Position numbers and translations under genes: made by a program. The notes beneath the pieces were generated by a model. It was not told the DNA's origin and made no database searches. It saw only the letters and a list, made by a program, of their open reading frames with translations. A stretch of DNA of 64,000 bases from a virus. This document shows, piece by piece, positions 63,281 through 64,000 of the stretch; position 1 is the stretch's first letter, and each line of letters starts with the position of its first letter. The stretch covers positions 136,745 through 200,744 of the IMG/VR virus record IMGVR_UViG_3300024983_000001, one strand, 5' to 3'.

Positions 63281-63409
63281 AAGACACATACAGCAATTAA
63301 AAAATTATAGGAAGTCGCTGGTAGTTATGGTGACAAGGGATGTTGATCGTATTCCGAGGCGTAAAAACCGTACGATTGGTGTGCTCCGAATCTCTCGGGC
63401 GGTGTCTTG
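63281..63409 (+). ncRNA. AGACAC..ACAGCAA...GTGTCTTG element, copy 2 (skipping-rope-like)
   Basis: own promoter at 63243; same frame as 45483 with a larger internal domain. Confidence 0.5.
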
Positions 63410-63509
63410 AAAATTTTATTTTGAAAAATGGTTGACTTTTATAAATAAGTCATATATAATTAATGTAACAATTGAGCAACGTGCTCGAAACGAATTTAAG
63501 GAAAAAGAA

Positions 63510-63605
63510 ATGTTCACAATTACAACCCAGATTATTAATCGCCAGATGAATATCGTCGTAGATCGTCAAGATTGCGAGGGGACGGGTTTTTGTGTGAATT
63601 TCTAA
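63510..63605 (+). CDS. putative attenuator leader peptide MFTITTQIINRQMNIVVDRQDCEGTGFCVNF
   Basis: 31-codon ORF after AAGGA RBS behind a promoter homologous to 39940-40020; read by hand. Confidence 0.7.
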   Translation: MFTITTQIINRQMNIVVDRQDCEGTGFCVNF

Positions 63606-63630
63606 AGTTCTAAAAAGAAATAAACCAAAC

Positions 63631-63659
63631 AAACCCAGTCCCAAAAGGCTGGGTTTTTT
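63631..63659 (+). terminator. attenuator terminator
   Basis: AAACCCAGTCCCAAAAGGCTGGGTTTTTT; 5' arm also pairs with 63579-63589. Confidence 0.8.
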
Positions 63660-63688
63660 GTTGTGCATAGATTTAAAAAGTAGTTGAT

Positions 63689-63701
63689 TGTTCTTTAAAA
63701 A
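63689..63701 (+). promoter_or_regulatory. boxA-like site
   Basis: TGTTCTTTAAAAA just after the terminator. Confidence 0.55.
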
Positions 63702-63826
63702 TACGGTATATTAAGTAAACCTTTTTGCTTAAGGTTATTTGAAAACATTGTAAATGACTATCCAACGTGGAAGTTGATCTAATTATCAACCGTGCATAGT
63801 AGCACACAACCACAAAGGAGAAAATT

Positions 63827-64000
63827 ATGAAGCAATATTTTTTAGGTAACTGGTCGGACAAAGAGGATGTAGCAGAGGATTTTAACATTGATGTTACTGA
63901 ACTTAATGGAGCGAAAATTCTGTTGGCTTGGTATGGTTATGGTGATTATGATGGTTCAGCATTCGTGTTGTTCCAAAAAGGAACCAAATTGTACGAGGTT
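63827..64000 (+). CDS. hypothetical protein (partial, runs off window)
   Basis: AAGGAG RBS, open frame to window end. Confidence 0.7.
   Translation, partial: MKQYFLGNWSDKEDVAEDFNIDVTELNGAKILLAWYGYGDYDGSAFVLFQKGTKLYEV

Noticed and set aside
1-64000. CRISPR array
   Set aside because: No equal-length repeats with unique ~30-40 nt spacers; the promoter repeats are separated by whole genes.
1-64000. Stop-codon recoding or suppressor tRNAs
   Set aside because: Genes read intact with the standard code, and no CTA/TTA/TCA anticodon was found.

Overview
This is a fragment of a large lytic dsDNA phage (jumbo-phage-like), probably infecting a beta- or gammaproteobacterium. The host guess is an inference from the sspB, tusE/dsrC, type IV pilin, bactofilin and TraR/DksA homologues. 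Layout: (1) 0.7-2.2 kb, tRNA cluster 1, with two tRNA genes interrupted by insertions and several structured spacers. (2) 3.4-24.2 kb, an early-gene region of small unknown ORFs driven by about 29 near-identical sigma70 promoters. (3) 24.2-24.7 kb, an A/T-tract junction, after which the DNA is visibly more AT-rich. (4) 24.7-39.9 kb, accessory genes (TusE/DsrC, NrdC.11/RlaP-like nucleotidyltransferase, SspB, glycosyltransferase, two reverse-strand tail-type genes) and a candidate 350-nt ncRNA. (5) 39.9-46.7 kb, a large tRNA array plus a GOLLD RNA. (6) 46.7-64 kb, rhodanese, a PlcP-Agt-like lipid remodelling pair with Pho-box-like repeats, AdoMetDC, TROVE/vWA, SleB-like hydrolase, QueE, two QueD, ADP-ribosylglycohydrolase and TraR/DksA. 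Top finding: a leader-peptide attenuator (40028-40186) sits in front of the tRNA array. Its codons 2-23 encode only Thr/Phe/Ala/Pro/Glu/His/Trp, exactly the seven amino acids served by the 17 well-formed tRNAs downstream. A homologous second attenuator (63510-63659) has a largely complementary codon set. Together these suggest a tRNA-depletion-sensing switch for phage tRNA supply. All family calls come from motif recognition by eye; no database searches were run.
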